In this document: positions 35,039 through 44,888 of the stretch, piece after piece | How the letters are laid out: each line of letters starts with the position of its first letter | Numbering within the stretch: the first letter of the stretch is position 1 | Translations under genes and position numbers: made by a program | The notes under the pieces: model-generated | Told to the model about the DNA's origin: nothing | The model's database searches: none | Seen by the model: the letters and a program-made list of their open reading frames with translations, nothing else | Virus record (IMG/VR): IMGVR_UViG_3300048574_000421 | Source: a virus | Taxonomy: Duplodnaviria > Heunggongvirae > Uroviricota > Caudoviricetes | Strand: one strand, 5' to 3' | Length of the DNA: 64,000 nucleotides

Positions 35039-35670
35039 AAACTTTAAAGCATGAAGAACTTTATAGATCAGCTGATCTAATGACAAAAATGGCAAATCTT
35101 GACATTGTTATGTGTGGAATTGGAGCAATTGGCTCAAATCTTGTCGAGAATCTTGTACGTCAAGGTTTTAAAAAAATCACTGCAATTGATTTTGATAGAA
35201 TTGAAGAACATAACAGACATACACAAATCTGGTATGCTCGAGATGTTGGTCAGTTAAAAGCAACAATGCTTAAAAACAGAATATTCGACATAATGAATAT
35301 TCCTATTGAAGTTGTGCCCAAAAAATTAGAAGAAGCAAATTCAAAAAAAATACTCAACACTCAGGGAGTTGTAATTGATGGATTTGACAATGTTGCAAGT
35401 AGAAAATTTGTTACTGAGTATTGCTCTATATACAAAACAAACTGCTTACATATTGGATTATTTAAAGATTATGCTGAAATAATATGGAATGAAAGATACA
35501 GAGTTCCTGACGATACTAAAAATATAGATGTTTGTGAATATCCTTTAGCGAGAAATATCATTTTATTGGCTGTTGCTGTAGCGACAGAGATATTAATAAC
35601 ATATTTAGAAAAAAAAGAAAAACAGAACTGCATTATAACATTAAAAGATCTGAAAATCACGAGGATATAA
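35035..35670 (+). CDS. ThiF/E1-like adenylyltransferase
   Basis: 'GIGAIGS', 'IDFDRIEEHNRHTQ', K, 'IDGFDN..SR', Cys in 'DVCEYP'. Confidence 0.85.
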   Translation: MKTLKHEELYRSADLMTKMANLDIVMCGIGAIGSNLVENLVRQGFKKITAIDFDRIEEHNRHTQIWYARDVGQLKATMLKNRIFDIMNIPIEVVPKKLEEANSKKILNTQGVVIDGFDNVASRKFVTEYCSIYKTNCLHIGLFKDYAEIIWNERYRVPDDTKNIDVCEYPLARNIILLAVAVATEILITYLEKKEKQNCIITLKDLKITRI

Positions 35671-36161
35671 TGGAAGAACTTTGGTTTACAATGCTTATCG
35701 GTATCCCAGGTTGTGGCAAAAGCACATATATAAGTCTTCAACCAAAATCAAAATTTGGTAGCATCATTTGTCCTGACTCAATAAGACGATCTCTCACAGG
35801 AGATATTTCAGATCAAAGCCAAAATCAACTTGTTTGGCAGATTGCTCAATATACCACGAAATGGGCGCTTATAAATTTGTTGTCTGTTACTGTAGATGCA
35901 GTCAATACTGATACATATTTAAGAAGAGATTTTTTACAAAAACTGAAAAATTCAGGCGTTTATGGAGGATTTAAAAAGCGTGCAATTGTTTTCGAAATAG
36001 ATCCAGATGAAGCAATTAAGCGTGTTGAAAAAAGGTTTAACAGACCTCCTGTACCACCTGAAAGAATCTACAAAATGTACGGAGAGTTTTTATATACAAA
36101 AAAAGTCTTACATGAAGAAGAATGGGATTCTATCCAGTTTATAGGAGAAAAAAATGGCTGA
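35670..36161 (+). CDS. AAA_33 polynucleotide kinase-like P-loop protein
   Basis: 'LIGIPGCGKST...ICPDSIRR...VDAVN...R...R..R..PVP'. Confidence 0.8.
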   Translation: MEELWFTMLIGIPGCGKSTYISLQPKSKFGSIICPDSIRRSLTGDISDQSQNQLVWQIAQYTTKWALINLLSVTVDAVNTDTYLRRDFLQKLKNSGVYGGFKKRAIVFEIDPDEAIKRVEKRFNRPPVPPERIYKMYGEFLYTKKVLHEEEWDSIQFIGEKNG

Positions 36162-37566
36162 AAAACTCTTAAAATCAAGAAAAGTAGCATCACATCAAAA
36201 CGACGGTTTTGTAAAAACTTTAAAACATAAAGTTTTGTTTTGTGGAAATCCTGAAGGCAATAATAACAAGTTCTACTCAATAGAGCTTCAAGTAAATCCC
36301 AAAGACGAACATCGTCTTTTTACTCATTATGGCCGTCTCGGAAAAACAGATGTTTATGAAGTTCGTGATGAATATCTTGGGAAGACTCTTGATTTTACTA
36401 CAGCCGATCGTGAATTCGAAGTTATCCTTGCAAGTAAACTCAAAGGAAAGAAAAAAGAAAGTGAACTTGGAGGAACACGCGAAGAAAAATACGAACTTGT
36501 CGAAACATTCGCTCCGACTGTTGGTTCTGTAAACGTCAGAGGAAAAAACGCTATTATCCAAGTCACAACTATTGCAAAAGACGTAGTTAGTTCATATTCT
36601 GACCCTGAAGTTTCGAGAATCATACGTCAAATCGTCGATGAAAATATACATAATATCTCTTCAATGACTTCTTTGAAACTCACTTCAAACGGATTTGAAA
36701 CACCACTTGGTCCTGTAACTAAAGAGCATGTGCAACGAGCTAGAGAACCTTTAATGGCTCTTAAAAAAATAATGATCAATGACGAAATCAACCCTGATAC
36801 ACAAATAACACGTGATTATAACGCAAAATATTTCTCTTTGATACCTCATTCTTTCGGTCACAAAATAACTCAAGAAGATTGGATTTTAACTGCTGCAAAA
36901 CTTGCTGAAGAACTTGAACTTCTTGACAACCTTGAATCTGCAGTCCAAATGGGTGCTGCTCTACAGAATGCATCAAAACAAAAACAAGCAATTGGTACAG
37001 ACATTGAAGTTCTTACTGATTCGGTAGAGTTCAATAGAATTGCAAAATATATTACAGACTCAAAAGCAGGTAACCATAGAGGTTCTGATGTTTGGAATTG
37101 GAAACCCAAAAACATCTATAAAATCAAAATTCCTACAGAACGTACTCGTTATGAAAAAACCGAAAAACAATTTGGCAACAAACATGAACTTTTTCATGGC
37201 TCAAAAAACAGTAACATTTTAAGTATCCTTAAAGGTGGTCTGATTATTCCCGCAGTAAATGCTGGTTTTGTAACAGGTAGAATGTTTGGTGATGGCCTTT
37301 ATTTTGCAAATAACTCAACAAAATCACTGAATTACTCTACAGGATTTTGGGGAGGCAAAGCAAACAAATACACAAATTCTTTTTTGTTTTTAGCAAATGT
37401 TAACATGGGAAAAACATTTGTTTCTCATGATCCAAGATATTCAGGTGCTCCTCATGGCTATGACTCTATTCATGCTCAAAAAGGAAGATCACTCCATAAC
37501 GATGAATTTATTGTTTTCAAACTACAACAAGCGACTTTAACATATTTGGTCGAAATGTCAAAATAA
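36154..37566 (+). CDS. PARP-like ADP-ribosyltransferase (WGR + regulatory + catalytic domains)
   Basis: WGR 'NNNKFY.I...YGRLG...KLKG..Y'; 'YFSLIPH'; catalytic 'LFHGS...GRMFGDGLYFA...KS.NY...DEFIVF' (H-Y-E). Confidence 0.9.
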   Translation: MAEKLLKSRKVASHQNDGFVKTLKHKVLFCGNPEGNNNKFYSIELQVNPKDEHRLFTHYGRLGKTDVYEVRDEYLGKTLDFTTADREFEVILASKLKGKKKESELGGTREEKYELVETFAPTVGSVNVRGKNAIIQVTTIAKDVVSSYSDPEVSRIIRQIVDENIHNISSMTSLKLTSNGFETPLGPVTKEHVQRAREPLMALKKIMINDEINPDTQITRDYNAKYFSLIPHSFGHKITQEDWILTAAKLAEELELLDNLESAVQMGAALQNASKQKQAIGTDIEVLTDSVEFNRIAKYITDSKAGNHRGSDVWNWKPKNIYKIKIPTERTRYEKTEKQFGNKHELFHGSKNSNILSILKGGLIIPAVNAGFVTGRMFGDGLYFANNSTKSLNYSTGFWGGKANKYTNSFLFLANVNMGKTFVSHDPRYSGAPHGYDSIHAQKGRSLHNDEFIVFKLQQATLTYLVEMSK

Positions 37567-37576
37567 AGGAGTTTTT

Positions 37577-38167
37577 ATGTCATCAACAATTATTCAAGCT
37601 CAGTTTGAAAAGTTTGTTGCAGCTGATGCTATGTTTACGTCAGTTGACATCGGGAATGCTATCAAAGAAAACGGTACATGGATCAAAAACAGCGATGTTT
37701 CAATCTGGCTCCGAAATAATGCACTTACAATTGCTTCCAATTATTGTTCAACATTAATAAGCGTCTTGAATAATACGCAGAAAACTTTCCTTTATCATCC
37801 TGCTGGCACAAATCCCGATGATTATCAAACCAGAGATCAAGCTGCACTTCCGCCAAATCCGAATATGAAATCTGTGACAGTGTCGACATGTCCTGCATCG
37901 TGTCCTGCAAGTACAACAGTCAAAACAAAACTCAGGTCTGATAGTAGAGCAAGACTTCGAATTCCTGCAATACTTGTTCGTCAACTTGGATTAAATCCTG
38001 GCGATATCGTTGATTTCTCAAAAATCCTTTTTCACAAACAACCTGATAATGACCTTATTGTTTACAAAGATGGCAGAATATCGTTCTCCCGCAATTGTCT
38101 CAGTTTTGGTGATGGTCCTGTTCTTGCTTTCATCGAAAATGGTTGTTTGAACTTTGAAAAACCATGA
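37577..38167 (+). CDS. hypothetical protein with AbrB-like C-terminal segment
   Basis: 'DSRARLRIPAILVRQLGLNPGDIV'. Confidence 0.5.
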   Translation: MSSTIIQAQFEKFVAADAMFTSVDIGNAIKENGTWIKNSDVSIWLRNNALTIASNYCSTLISVLNNTQKTFLYHPAGTNPDDYQTRDQAALPPNPNMKSVTVSTCPASCPASTTVKTKLRSDSRARLRIPAILVRQLGLNPGDIVDFSKILFHKQPDNDLIVYKDGRISFSRNCLSFGDGPVLAFIENGCLNFEKP

Positions 38168-38868
38168 AACAATTTGAATTCTTATATAACAACCAGACTG
38201 TCAAAATATGGTTGTATGAAGACGATGATTCAATAAGTGTTTCTGTTCAAAAAAACAAAACGTTTTATGAATCAGAAATACTTGAATTCCTTTTAAAAAA
38301 CTTTCCCATACATGAAGTTATTTTTGACGTAGGTGCAAATATTGGGAATCATACTTTGTTTTTTTCAAAGTACTTATCATACAACCATATACATAGTTTC
38401 GAACCTCATCATTTAAATTTTCAAATTCTTCAAAAAAACACTGAAGACTTAAAGAATTGTTCAATATATCCTCTTGCTTTAAGTGACTACATAGGTTCAT
38501 GTTCGTTGACTACAGAAACATATACAAAAGTTCAACTTAGACGAAACTTACCTCCTATGTTTTTTAAAAATATGGGTATGTTTGGTATAAAATCGAAAAC
38601 AGGCGATATACCTGTAAAAACAATAGATTCATTAAGAACTGAAACTCAAAAAATCACTTTGTTAAAAATAGATGTCGAAGAACATGAAATAGAAGTGCTT
38701 TCTGGTGCTTATAAAACTATAACACAAGATAAACCTGTACTTATTATAGAAGCACATGAAAGTAAAAGAGAACAATACAACAAGTTTCTTTTAGAAAAAT
38801 TCAATTATAAATGTATGAAATTTTGGTATATACAAGATACAGGAATTTATGTCTATGCAAAAAATTAG
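38164..38868 (+). CDS. FkbM family methyltransferase
   Basis: 'FDVGANIGNHT...SFEP...LKIDVEEHE..VL.GA...P.LIIE'. Confidence 0.85.
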   Translation: MKQFEFLYNNQTVKIWLYEDDDSISVSVQKNKTFYESEILEFLLKNFPIHEVIFDVGANIGNHTLFFSKYLSYNHIHSFEPHHLNFQILQKNTEDLKNCSIYPLALSDYIGSCSLTTETYTKVQLRRNLPPMFFKNMGMFGIKSKTGDIPVKTIDSLRTETQKITLLKIDVEEHEIEVLSGAYKTITQDKPVLIIEAHESKREQYNKFLLEKFNYKCMKFWYIQDTGIYVYAKN

Positions 38869-39508
38869 TGTTTTAGAAAATCAAGATGTTTCATATCTTG
38901 ACAATATTTTGTTTGAAAACAACCTTCTAAAAGTCGTTTCATCAGAATGTTTATCAAAAATACCACAAATACACCTTACTTTGTTTGGTCATAAAAAAGG
39001 TATTTATTGTTTTCCTACTCTTGAACTTGCTGACTGGCTTACGCAAAACTTTGATATAAACAACATGATCGAGATAGGTTCAGGAAATGGTGCACTTGCA
39101 AGACATTTAAAAATACCAGCAACAGACTCAAAACTTATGCAAGATAGTGCTATCAGCGCTTTGTATACTTTAATGGGTCAACCTATTACAAAATATCCTG
39201 ATGATGTAATTAAACTTGATGCTATTAAAGCTATCGAGAAATACAAACCCAAAACGGTTCTTGGTTGTTGGGTGACACATAAATATTCAGAAGATGAACC
39301 TGATAGAGAAGGTAACATGTTTGGTGTTGATGAGACTTGGGTCCTCAAACATGTCGATCAATACATCATTGTTGGAAATGAAAATGTCCATAATAAAAAG
39401 AAAATTCTCGAAATACCTCACCAAGAACACAAATTCTCTTGGTTGTTTAGTAGATCACAACAACCTACCAAGAACATCATCTATGTTTGGGATAAGGATT
39501 ATATATGA
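38849..39508 (+). CDS. class I SAM methyltransferase-like protein
   Basis: 'IEIGSGNGALARHL...ATDS'. Confidence 0.55.
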   Translation: MSMQKISVLENQDVSYLDNILFENNLLKVVSSECLSKIPQIHLTLFGHKKGIYCFPTLELADWLTQNFDINNMIEIGSGNGALARHLKIPATDSKLMQDSAISALYTLMGQPITKYPDDVIKLDAIKAIEKYKPKTVLGCWVTHKYSEDEPDREGNMFGVDETWVLKHVDQYIIVGNENVHNKKKILEIPHQEHKFSWLFSRSQQPTKNIIYVWDKDYI

Positions 39509-40287
39509 ACATATCTCGCGGATATGCTAAACGCTGTTCTAGAGGTAGATTTTGGCATTTCGTACAGAATTTTTGGGTATGTCATGGTGGAACAAGCTAC
39601 GATGATGAATGGTATGCTACACCTGGGAGATTTTATGCTGATTTATCTCAAAAAAGTGTGTTTAAAACATGTTTCCCATATCACTTAGAACTTACAAAAA
39701 TAAACTCTAAACAATATAGTGTAAGTATACAACTTACGTTTAATCATCAACAAAGTTTTTATGTCTGTACTTCTTCAAAAGTAAATTCTAAAAAAGAAGC
39801 TATGCGAAAAGCTTTACAACTTATAAAACAATTTGAAAAAAGTGAAAAATGTAAAGAAGTTTGGAGAGATCTTCTTCATGATATTCCTATAGTCAATTCA
39901 GATGGTGTATGGGTAGCAACTACTATCATAGGTTGTCCAAGTCAAACACTTACAACAAGAACATTTATGCATTCAGAACATAAATTAGGTTATGGGATTT
40001 TTTATTGTCTAGAAAGACATATGAAAGAGTGGCGTTGGAAAAAATATGATCTTTCTTATATGGGATATTGCTCATCCAGTTGTGAAAACGTACCTTTTGA
40101 AATATGGCAAGCTATTTTAGGTTTTAATCCTATTATTGATGAAGTGATTAAAAAATCTGAAGAGTTTAATTGTTTAACGTTTGAAAACGAACTTAATATA
40201 GAAAAAGCTGAATATCACATGCAATGTTTTTACGAATCTCAAATGAATGGATTTCTTGAACAAAAAGACCTTGTAGAATTTGTCTAA
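39505..40287 (+). CDS. hypothetical protein
   Basis: 260-aa ORF, ATGA overlap. Confidence 0.55.
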   Translation: MNISRGYAKRCSRGRFWHFVQNFWVCHGGTSYDDEWYATPGRFYADLSQKSVFKTCFPYHLELTKINSKQYSVSIQLTFNHQQSFYVCTSSKVNSKKEAMRKALQLIKQFEKSEKCKEVWRDLLHDIPIVNSDGVWVATTIIGCPSQTLTTRTFMHSEHKLGYGIFYCLERHMKEWRWKKYDLSYMGYCSSSCENVPFEIWQAILGFNPIIDEVIKKSEEFNCLTFENELNIEKAEYHMQCFYESQMNGFLEQKDLVEFV

Positions 40288-40308
40288 ACATTAGAAAGAG
40301 AAATTACT

Positions 40309-40551
40309 ATGTTTCTTGCTGTTAAAAACGATTCAAAAACAGTTTGGGTAAATGGTCCATCAAAATTGTTTGCAAGGTTCTGTCCTATATCGCAAGAATA
40401 TTTAAAAGATGCAACTTCACTTGATCAAGATACTTTACTTCACCCGCAAAAGCCTACAAAACAAAATTGGGTTAATTTTTGTAATGAAGTTCAAAAAAGA
40501 TTTAACTTTCCTATTCCCAAAAAATTCACTCCCAAATATTTGGCAGATTAA
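40309..40551 (+). CDS. hypothetical protein
   Basis: ORF track. Confidence 0.45.
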   Translation: MFLAVKNDSKTVWVNGPSKLFARFCPISQEYLKDATSLDQDTLLHPQKPTKQNWVNFCNEVQKRFNFPIPKKFTPKYLAD

Positions 40552-40588
40552 AAACGTTCTCTCGAAATAGTTCTTACAAGGAGGAATT

Positions 40589-40804
40589 ATGACACGAGAA
40601 CGCATAGAAATTTTCTTTTTAAAAGCTTATTTGATTGCCATTGTAAGTAGACTTGTGATTCTTGAATGGTCTTTTTTACTTTGGTATTTAATCACAGATT
40701 TTAAAACTGAAAACACAGTAAAGCGCATTAAAGCAAACTCGCACTGTCCTTGGACAGTTATGGGAATGTTCTTAAGATTTAAACTTGGAGAACAAGTAAT
40801 TTAA
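40589..40804 (+). CDS. hypothetical protein
   Basis: AAGGAGG RBS. Confidence 0.5.
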   Translation: MTRERIEIFFLKAYLIAIVSRLVILEWSFLLWYLITDFKTENTVKRIKANSHCPWTVMGMFLRFKLGEQVI

Positions 40805-40855
40805 TTTTGGCAATTTATTTTTGTTCAGGCGTTATAGTTTAAAAAGGAGAACATT

Positions 40856-41323
40856 ATGAATATTATTACAGCAGGAATGCCCGAACTTTGTAGTTCAACG
40901 ATCGAAAAATTGCACATGAATAAAGCTGTTTACGAACACAATTTTGAACAGATCATTGGTATGGCTCGATCCGGCGAACTTGAAAAACTTTGTATATTCA
41001 TTGATGTTTGGAACGTTTATGGTAAAAGCTTTAATAGTATGAGAGGCCAGGGTGCTGCTGAAAAAATTCACGAAATAAATCCTGATATTCCAATTTTAAT
41101 TTGGGATGGCAGAGAGTATATTTCAGACGATCCTGATGTAGTAGTTCCCCCTGCATTTCAAGTAACAGGTACACCCCGCGACATCAAAAACGCAAATGAA
41201 CTTTATCTAGATTTTGAACATTATAGTGATGAACAGATAGATGAAATTACAGAGAAGTTTTTTGCTGAAGAACTCTCTTTTAAAGATATTCCCCAGCATT
41301 CATGTATCGATTTTATACTGTAA
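40856..41323 (+). CDS. hypothetical protein
   Basis: AAGGAG RBS. Confidence 0.55.
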   Translation: MNIITAGMPELCSSTIEKLHMNKAVYEHNFEQIIGMARSGELEKLCIFIDVWNVYGKSFNSMRGQGAAEKIHEINPDIPILIWDGREYISDDPDVVVPPAFQVTGTPRDIKNANELYLDFEHYSDEQIDEITEKFFAEELSFKDIPQHSCIDFIL

Positions 41324-41927
41324 CAGGTTCAGGCGTTTTAGGAGCAATTGTCCAAACATTGTTTCTTAACACTAATTTAATTTTTTTATCAGTAGCATCG
41401 TCAATTGCTTCTCTCATTTTCTGTATTTCAACAGGTTTAGAATTACTTGGTAAATATCTTGCCAAAAAAGGCGCAATTCTTTTTATAAAAATTGTATAAT
41501 CTTCATTTGCTTTTTCCCAAGTATCTTTTATGTTTCTGACAAGACCTGATTCATTTGAGCTAACTTTTTCTTTTAAAGTTGTTTCATGAACTACATGACT
41601 GATAATAAGTTCATCTATAGAACAATCTGAAAGTTCAGCAATTTTCTTCATAGCTTCATTAGAAGTAATAACTCCCAGTTCTGAACCTTTTAAAGCTATA
41701 TCAGCAATATATTTAAGCATCCATTTTTTATTGTTTTTTAGTTCATCAATTTTTGCCACAACTTTGTCAAGATAATCTTGACTTACATTTACGCCATTTT
41801 CTTTAGAGCTTTTAATTAATTCAATAATTTCTTCTGGTTTCATTTTGTCAAGATTTTGAATTATTGAAATAATGAAAGAAGTGAAAGATTTATGCTTTTT
41901 ACTAAGATCAACACTTAAAATATCCAT
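41313..41927 (-). CDS. hypothetical protein
   Basis: AAGGAG RBS, 204 aa. Confidence 0.55.
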   Translation of the reverse strand: MDILSVDLSKKHKSFTSFIISIIQNLDKMKPEEIIELIKSSKENGVNVSQDYLDKVVAKIDELKNNKKWMLKYIADIALKGSELGVITSNEAMKKIAELSDCSIDELIISHVVHETTLKEKVSSNESGLVRNIKDTWEKANEDYTIFIKRIAPFLARYLPSNSKPVEIQKMREAIDDATDKKIKLVLRNNVWTIAPKTPEPVTV

Positions 41928-41942
41928 TATAATCTCCTTTTA

Positions 41943-42266
41943 TTATTCATTATTTTTTGTCATTTGAGAATGAATCAATCTGTTTTTCACCTCAGAATCT
42001 TTTGACGATCCAAAATAGAAAGAAAAAACTTGTGAAATTACAGCTGAAAGTACGCCAAGAATATAAATCGCAATATCTTTTTTTGTCTGATCAAGAGGAA
42101 AATAGATTAAAACAAAAAATAAACCAAATGCAAGAAATAAGGCAGATAAAGCTAAAAGCGAAGCAATATGTTTTGTCAACCATGGAGCTGAATGTAAAGA
42201 CATGTACTCTTTAGTCTTTGGGTCGTCATTTGCGTCATATTTTTTCTCTTGCATGTAAGAGTACAA
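41943..42266 (-). CDS. holin-like two-TM protein
   Basis: Two TM segments followed by 'SFYFGSS'. Confidence 0.5.
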   Translation of the reverse strand: MYSYMQEKKYDANDDPKTKEYMSLHSAPWLTKHIASLLALSALFLAFGLFFVLIYFPLDQTKKDIAIYILGVLSAVISQVFSFYFGSSKDSEVKNRLIHSQMTKNNE

Positions 42267-42760
42267 GATATAAAATCTATAGAAAAACAGTTAAGCAGAT
42301 TTTTTCTTTTTTCTTTGTTCAATTTCTTGATTAAGTTTTTCTTGTCTCAAAGCTTTTTTATCAGCTTGAGCTTGACTTTTATAGTAACTACATGCTTCAG
42401 TATTTTTGGGTTGTTTTCCTATGATATCTAAAATACCACACCCAATATGTCTGACGCAATTTGTTATTTGACAATCTTTCATTTATCGTCCTCAATTGTT
42501 TTTATCAATTCGCCTACTGAGTCCCATCCTGCTTCAAAAACATCAATGTAATCGCTTTTAGGACACCCAGAAACAGTAGCACATATTTTTCTAGCAAACA
42601 ATTCAGCTTTAGGTTTTGATAAAGATTTTAATGCAATACAATTGGCAGCATCAACTAATGCTCTCGATTTGGGACATATCATCATTTCCATGTCTTTACC
42701 TTTGCTGTTATACTTCTTTATGATAAGTATATCGTTAGTTTTATTAGCAACTACCCCAAA

Positions 42761-43096
42761 TTATAAAATCTCTAGAACTTTTATAATCTGTTTCGCTCCA
42801 TCTCTAAATGCTAAATTCATTAAAGTTAAAATATTATTAGCAAGGTCTTCATTGTCAAGTGTCACAATTACAACTCTATCTGAATTAGAACGTATCTTAA
42901 ACTCACCTGCCTCTTCTAAAATAGAAAATTCAGGTTCAATTATCATCCTATCCCATTTTGATTTAAGACTTGCTCTTAATTTGTTATGTTCAGTTAAACT
43001 AGCAACTATTTTTGAATACTCAGTTATTTCTTGCTGTTTGTATTCAACTCCGTCAATTTTTTTTTCTGTTATGTAATTAATTTTTGCGTTTAGCAT
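42761..43096 (-). CDS. hypothetical protein
   Basis: ORF track, operon context. Confidence 0.45.
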   Translation of the reverse strand: MLNAKINYITEKKIDGVEYKQQEITEYSKIVASLTEHNKLRASLKSKWDRMIIEPEFSILEEAGEFKIRSNSDRVVIVTLDNEDLANNILTLMNLAFRDGAKQIIKVLEIL

Positions 43097-43550
43097 TTAA
43101 AAACCTAAATTTTGCTTTAGTGTCAACTTTCTCTTGTTTTTCTTCGTCTTTGAAATATTCTGGATGCTCTTCTTTAATTCTAGCTACAAACTTTTTTGCA
43201 TAATAAATCAGTAACATTGTCGACAAACAGTAAATACAACAAATCGTAAAAAACCACCAACATCCCACAACACCAAAACATATTGCTATGATACATGAAA
43301 CTATCAATTGGTTTTTTGATATTTTTGTCGACAGCTTTTTAACTCCTTCACCAGAATCAGTTATTTTATAAGTTTTACTTGAAAAAGCAACAATAAAAAA
43401 AATTGATGCAAAAGCAATAAAAAACGCTAAAATAGCAGTGAAAACAAAGTAAATTTTGATGAAGTTTTGCACAAATACGTTTTGAAAGCCAGAAACTTTA
43501 CAATAAATTACAAACAAATCACATAATAACGTAATAAAAAAAATTTTCAT
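43077..43550 (-). CDS. membrane protein
   Basis: Several hydrophobic segments. Confidence 0.5.
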   Translation of the reverse strand: MKIFFITLLCDLFVIYCKVSGFQNVFVQNFIKIYFVFTAILAFFIAFASIFFIVAFSSKTYKITDSGEGVKKLSTKISKNQLIVSCIIAICFGVVGCWWFFTICCIYCLSTMLLIYYAKKFVARIKEEHPEYFKDEEKQEKVDTKAKFRFLNAKRKN

Positions 43551-43876
43551 ATATCGCTTTCACTATTAGAACAAGTGTGAGCTGTAACTTTACCTTTATT
43601 GGGTTTATTCCAACAATTTATTATTGTAATAGCACGTTGCATACCTAATTGTATACCTCTCGCCAAAGCATTAGAAATAACTAGATTTTTGGGCGAATCA
43701 TTAGTTATTTGTGGTGGCTTAGGTAACTCTTGCATATCTTTCCAAAGATATATTGCGATTTCTTCTTTTAAACGTGGCGGTATTTGCATGCTTCCTCCCT
43801 TTGTTTTTTTTATAATATTACAAAATTTTGAAAACAAATAAAAACAAAACTTGTCTAAATGAACTGTTTCATGCAT
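43547..43876 (-). CDS. hypothetical protein
   Basis: Likely start MQIPPR with GGAGG RBS. Confidence 0.4.
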   Translation of the reverse strand: MHETVHLDKFCFYLFSKFCNIIKKTKGGSMQIPPRLKEEIAIYLWKDMQELPKPPQITNDSPKNLVISNALARGIQLGMQRAITIINCWNKPNKGKVTAHTCSNSESDI

Positions 43877-43972
43877 GAAACACTTGTTTGTTAAAAAGTA
43901 GAGTAATTACAACGTAAACTTTATATAATGTTTTAACAATGTTAAGGAAAAATAAAATGAAAAGGAGAAACT

Positions 43973-44416
43973 ATGTCAGTTAAATTCTATCGACCTAAAG
44001 AACCTTTTGGTGAATTTTCTAACTTTGCATATTTTGAAATAATACTTGATGGTTTTACTTGGAAAACAAATGAACATTATTTTCAAGCGCAAAAATATAT
44101 AAATACAGTACGTTTTGAAATGATAGCAAATGCTAAAACTCCAAGAGAAGCAGCAGACTTAGGAAGAGACAGATCTTTGCCTTTAAGACAAGACTGGGAA
44201 TTAATAAAAGATGACGTAATGAGAAAATGTGTTTTTGAAAAATTCAACACACACTTGCGTCTAAAAGCTCTTCTATTATCTACAGGAACTGAAGAAATAA
44301 TAGAAGACTCTCCTGTAGATTACTATTGGGGTGTAGGTAAAAATGGTACTGGAAAAAATATGCTCGGGAAAATTTTAATGGAAGCTCGAGATAAATTCGA
44401 GAATGATATAAAATAA
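43973..44416 (+). CDS. NADAR (YbiA-like) family hydrolase
   Basis: 'FSNF...W.T.EHYFQAQK...P.EA..LGR...R.DW...M...KF..H..L...LL.TG...E.SP.D.YWG...GKN.LG.ILM..R'. Confidence 0.92.
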   Translation: MSVKFYRPKEPFGEFSNFAYFEIILDGFTWKTNEHYFQAQKYINTVRFEMIANAKTPREAADLGRDRSLPLRQDWELIKDDVMRKCVFEKFNTHLRLKALLLSTGTEEIIEDSPVDYYWGVGKNGTGKNMLGKILMEARDKFENDIK

Positions 44417-44612
44417 GGGGAAATCAAATGAGAAACTTAAAGTTAAATCAAACTTTAGAATCATTAAGCAACAAAGGCGAAATGTTTGGCTACAATTTTA
44501 AAAATTCTATTAAAAAAGCAAGTTGGAAACTCATTAGCTTTATTGCTTTAATAATGGGCGGTGCAGTAGTTCTTGTAATAAGTTTCATTTTGGGTTTAAA
44601 CAGAATAAAAAA

Positions 44613-44888
44613 ATGACTAATACAAAAATCAATTACATTGCAAATAAAACTGTTGATATTGAAAACAAGATCAAACAAGATTTATTTGTTGAAAAAGTTA
44701 AAGTAAGTACAACAGGCGAATTCCTTTCATCTATTGTTATACCTGCAACTGAGAAAGATATAGAAGAGTTTAAAAACAAACCTTGTAATCATTCATTACA
44801 TGTTGACAAACTTGTCTATGATTTACCAGGTTGGCCTTATGACTCAAGATATTGTGGCATTTGCAATGCGTCTCTTGGTATTATATGA
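44613..44888 (+). CDS. hypothetical protein
   Basis: C.H...CxxC motif. Confidence 0.45.
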   Translation: MTNTKINYIANKTVDIENKIKQDLFVEKVKVSTTGEFLSSIVIPATEKDIEEFKNKPCNHSLHVDKLVYDLPGWPYDSRYCGICNASLGII

